This document shows, piece by piece, positions 58,359-60,329 of a DNA stretch of 60,329 bases (within the stretch, counting starts at the first letter, position 1; every line of letters begins with the position of its first letter). The DNA is from Bdellovibrionales bacterium. Its GTDB lineage: Bacteria; Bdellovibrionota; UBA1018; CAIMNF01. The stretch is from positions 1 through 60,329 of the forward strand of contig JBEIJY010000012.1 of the NCBI GenBank assembly GCA_040380025.1, written 5' to 3'. The notes under the pieces were generated by a model. That model was given only the letters and a program-made list of their open reading frames with translations. It did not search any database and had not been told where the DNA came from. Both the position numbers and the translations under genes were made by a program.

Positions 58359-58421
58359 GTGTCGCCGGAGCCTACAAATCATGACCTAAAAAGTCAAGCT
58401 CTTCGTGGACGGGGGAAGCCC

Positions 58422-59207
58422 CTAAAAATGGAACTCACGGATGCGGTAAATCCCCTTGCCCGAGGGGGCCGGATGATCGCTGCTGACGGTGTCGATGAAG
58501 ATGTTCATCGTGTCTTTCGGAAAGCACTTTTGCATGGCGATCAGGTTCTTGGGCTCGTTCTCGAAGCTTGCCACCACACGGCCCAGGCCCGAGATCGTCT
58601 CGGCCGCCTTGGACTTGAACTCAAGATCATCGATGTGGCGCTTGGGCTTCAAAATCAGCCGCGTGCGATCGGTCTCGATCGGAAGCCCGTGGGCCCGAAG
58701 CTGATCAAACGTGCCGAAGGCCATGAGGGGAATGTCCCGCCCCGTGAGGTACACGATCATCGCGCCCATTTGATGCAAGCGGTTCACAAACTCGACCGCC
58801 CCCGGGGTAGGTTCGTCATGCACCAGATAATCATTGTTAAAAAAGCGTTTTCGCCAGAACTGCTTTGCGTGCTTGAAGTGATGGTCGAACGGGGCCTCGC
58901 CGTGCGGGATTTTTTTGATCTCCCAGACATCTTCGAGCGAGTAGCGCATGTCGCGCGATTCGATCGAGGAGAGCTTCTCGCGCGTCTCGGGAAAGCTCGC
59001 GGTTTCGGGGTGCTCGAGCCACTCTTTTAAAATCATGAGCGAACGGCCCGAGACATCAAACAAGGTGGAATCAAGATCGAACACCACCACCGGAAGCGCT
59101 CCCTCGCGAAGCACATGGGCGGTGCGCTCGAGCACCTGCTCCAAAACCGCCGCAGGAGAAAGATCGTGAAACTCAGTGTGCTTTTGCCAGTCGCCGCGAA
59201 TGTGCAT
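58422..59207 (-). CDS. HAD-superfamily hydrolase (acid phosphatase-like)
   Basis: FDLDSTL, YLTGR, K, FENEP. Confidence 0.85.
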   Translation of the reverse strand: MHIRGDWQKHTEFHDLSPAAVLEQVLERTAHVLREGALPVVVFDLDSTLFDVSGRSLMILKEWLEHPETASFPETREKLSSIESRDMRYSLEDVWEIKKIPHGEAPFDHHFKHAKQFWRKRFFNNDYLVHDEPTPGAVEFVNRLHQMGAMIVYLTGRDIPLMAFGTFDQLRAHGLPIETDRTRLILKPKRHIDDLEFKSKAAETISGLGRVVASFENEPKNLIAMQKCFPKDTMNIFIDTVSSDHPAPSGKGIYRIREFHF

Positions 59208-59298
59208 GATGGCGGGACTTTAGCAGAACCGGGCCCAAAAACGCAAACCGCGGCCGGAGAAACTCCCCGACCGCGGAAAAATCGAGTTCAAGTCCGGA

Positions 59299-60329
59299 TC
59301 AATAATCTCTTCTTACTTTGAAATTCTTATCCCCGCGATGCGCAGTCTCGGGGCCCGGGATTCTCGGACCCTGAACTTTCGACGGTTTCGCCGGCGCGGC
59401 TGCTGGTGATGGATTCATCGCTGTCTGTAAGGATTGGTTCACGATTTGATTCATTTGTTCACCAACATTTTGATTTTGCTCGGGACGAGGCGCCAGCCTG
59501 GTTACCCCAGGTATGAACGATTGCTTAGTCTTAACTACGGCGGGAGCTGCCGGAGCAGTCGCCTTTGGAGCCGCCGGTGTTTTGGCCGGAGCACTGGCGA
59601 CAGGTTTTGACTTGTCGGCGGGGTATGCATCCTTCAGCGGATCAACAGCTTTACCAAAAACATTGGTGAACTGATTGTTCCTTTGGTTTTGGTTCTCGCG
59701 ATACTGCGCGCTGTAAGAGGCTTGCGGTATCGTAAAAACGGTAGTCCTCGGGACACCATTCGAAGGGGACGGATTTCCCTAAGTCGCCGGAACAGAAGCC
59801 GCCTGATTCATTTGACCCGCCGAAGTGTGAGCCGTCAAAGCTGGAGCCACCGCCGGAACTTGAGCCGCCGGAACTTGAGCCACCGCCGGAACTTCAGCCG
59901 CCGGAGCGGCTGCCGCCGGTTGCTGCGTGGCATTTGATTGATCAAGCGGCAAGTGTTTCTCGAATGCTGCCTTGATCTCCTCGCCTGCCGCGCTCACCGC
60001 GGTTTTGGTTGCCTCGGTGTCGTCCTCGCCCTTCAAAAGAATGGTCCACTCGAGGGCGCTTTGCTGTTTGTTGTACTCGACATTATTGAAGCCGCTTTCA
60101 TCCACTATGACGTTTACTTTTTCTGGGCCCACAGCTTGATCGAGCTTTTCTTTGATCTGTTTTGCGACTGACATAGCACTATTTCGATTTTGCATTTTAT
60201 ACCGAAATTTCGCGTCAATCTTTGTAACGTATTGTTTATGTCTCTTAATCACTTCGATGACCTTATCAAGGTTATCAGGAGTGCCGTCACTAATATTCCC
60301 TCCATTTGTCTTAATCCGACAAACTCCAG
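59299..60329 (-). pseudogene. Partial Ala/Pro/Gln-rich ORF entering from the window end, interrupted by an in-frame TAG at 59779-59781
   Basis: Frame is open from beyond 60329 to the TAG, then open for 159 more codons of similar composition to TGA at 59299-59301. Confidence 0.5.

Overview
GC-rich bacterial chromosomal window, most likely from a Bdellovibrionota (Oligoflexia-like) organism. This is inferred from a DgcB-like FHA-GGDEF gene, an Agl-Glt-like gliding cluster and many orphan secreted proteins. Housekeeping backbone: htrA; rpmF-fabD-fabG-acpP; fabF-rpiB-glyA-acyl-CoA dehydrogenase-pgi; mutL-miaA-ilvE-RluA-family-mnmC-GT2; an acsA/E1a/E1b/E2/ACP operon; a TolQ/ExbD/TPR/TonB-C/OMP gliding-type operon; a response regulator; a radical SAM enzyme; and a HAD hydrolase. 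Accessory content: three ~1000-aa paralogues with C-terminal FGE/SUMF1-like domains inserted between acpP and fabF, two tandem caspase/C13-like peptidases, and a protein-glutaminase-like gene. The most striking feature is a family of ten hairpin elements (one truncated by the window edge) with shared terminal inverted repeats (consensus CTCCCAAACTGCCC-n2-TTTGATTGTGCA ... TGCACAATCAAA-n2-GGGCAGTTTG). The seven complete dispersed copies are 199-201 bp long and carry a branched core. The well-preserved ones have long arms that differ between copies but pair almost perfectly within each copy. Three copies sit in frame inside proteins, two of them in MnmC. Two core-less variants (188 and 186 bp) bracket a single IS1-like transposase whose third catalytic acidic residue appears to be replaced by Asn. 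The layout resembles a RAYT/REPIN system but with a DDE-fold enzyme, and is my candidate for an undescribed system. All assignments are from motif recognition by eye; no database searches were run.
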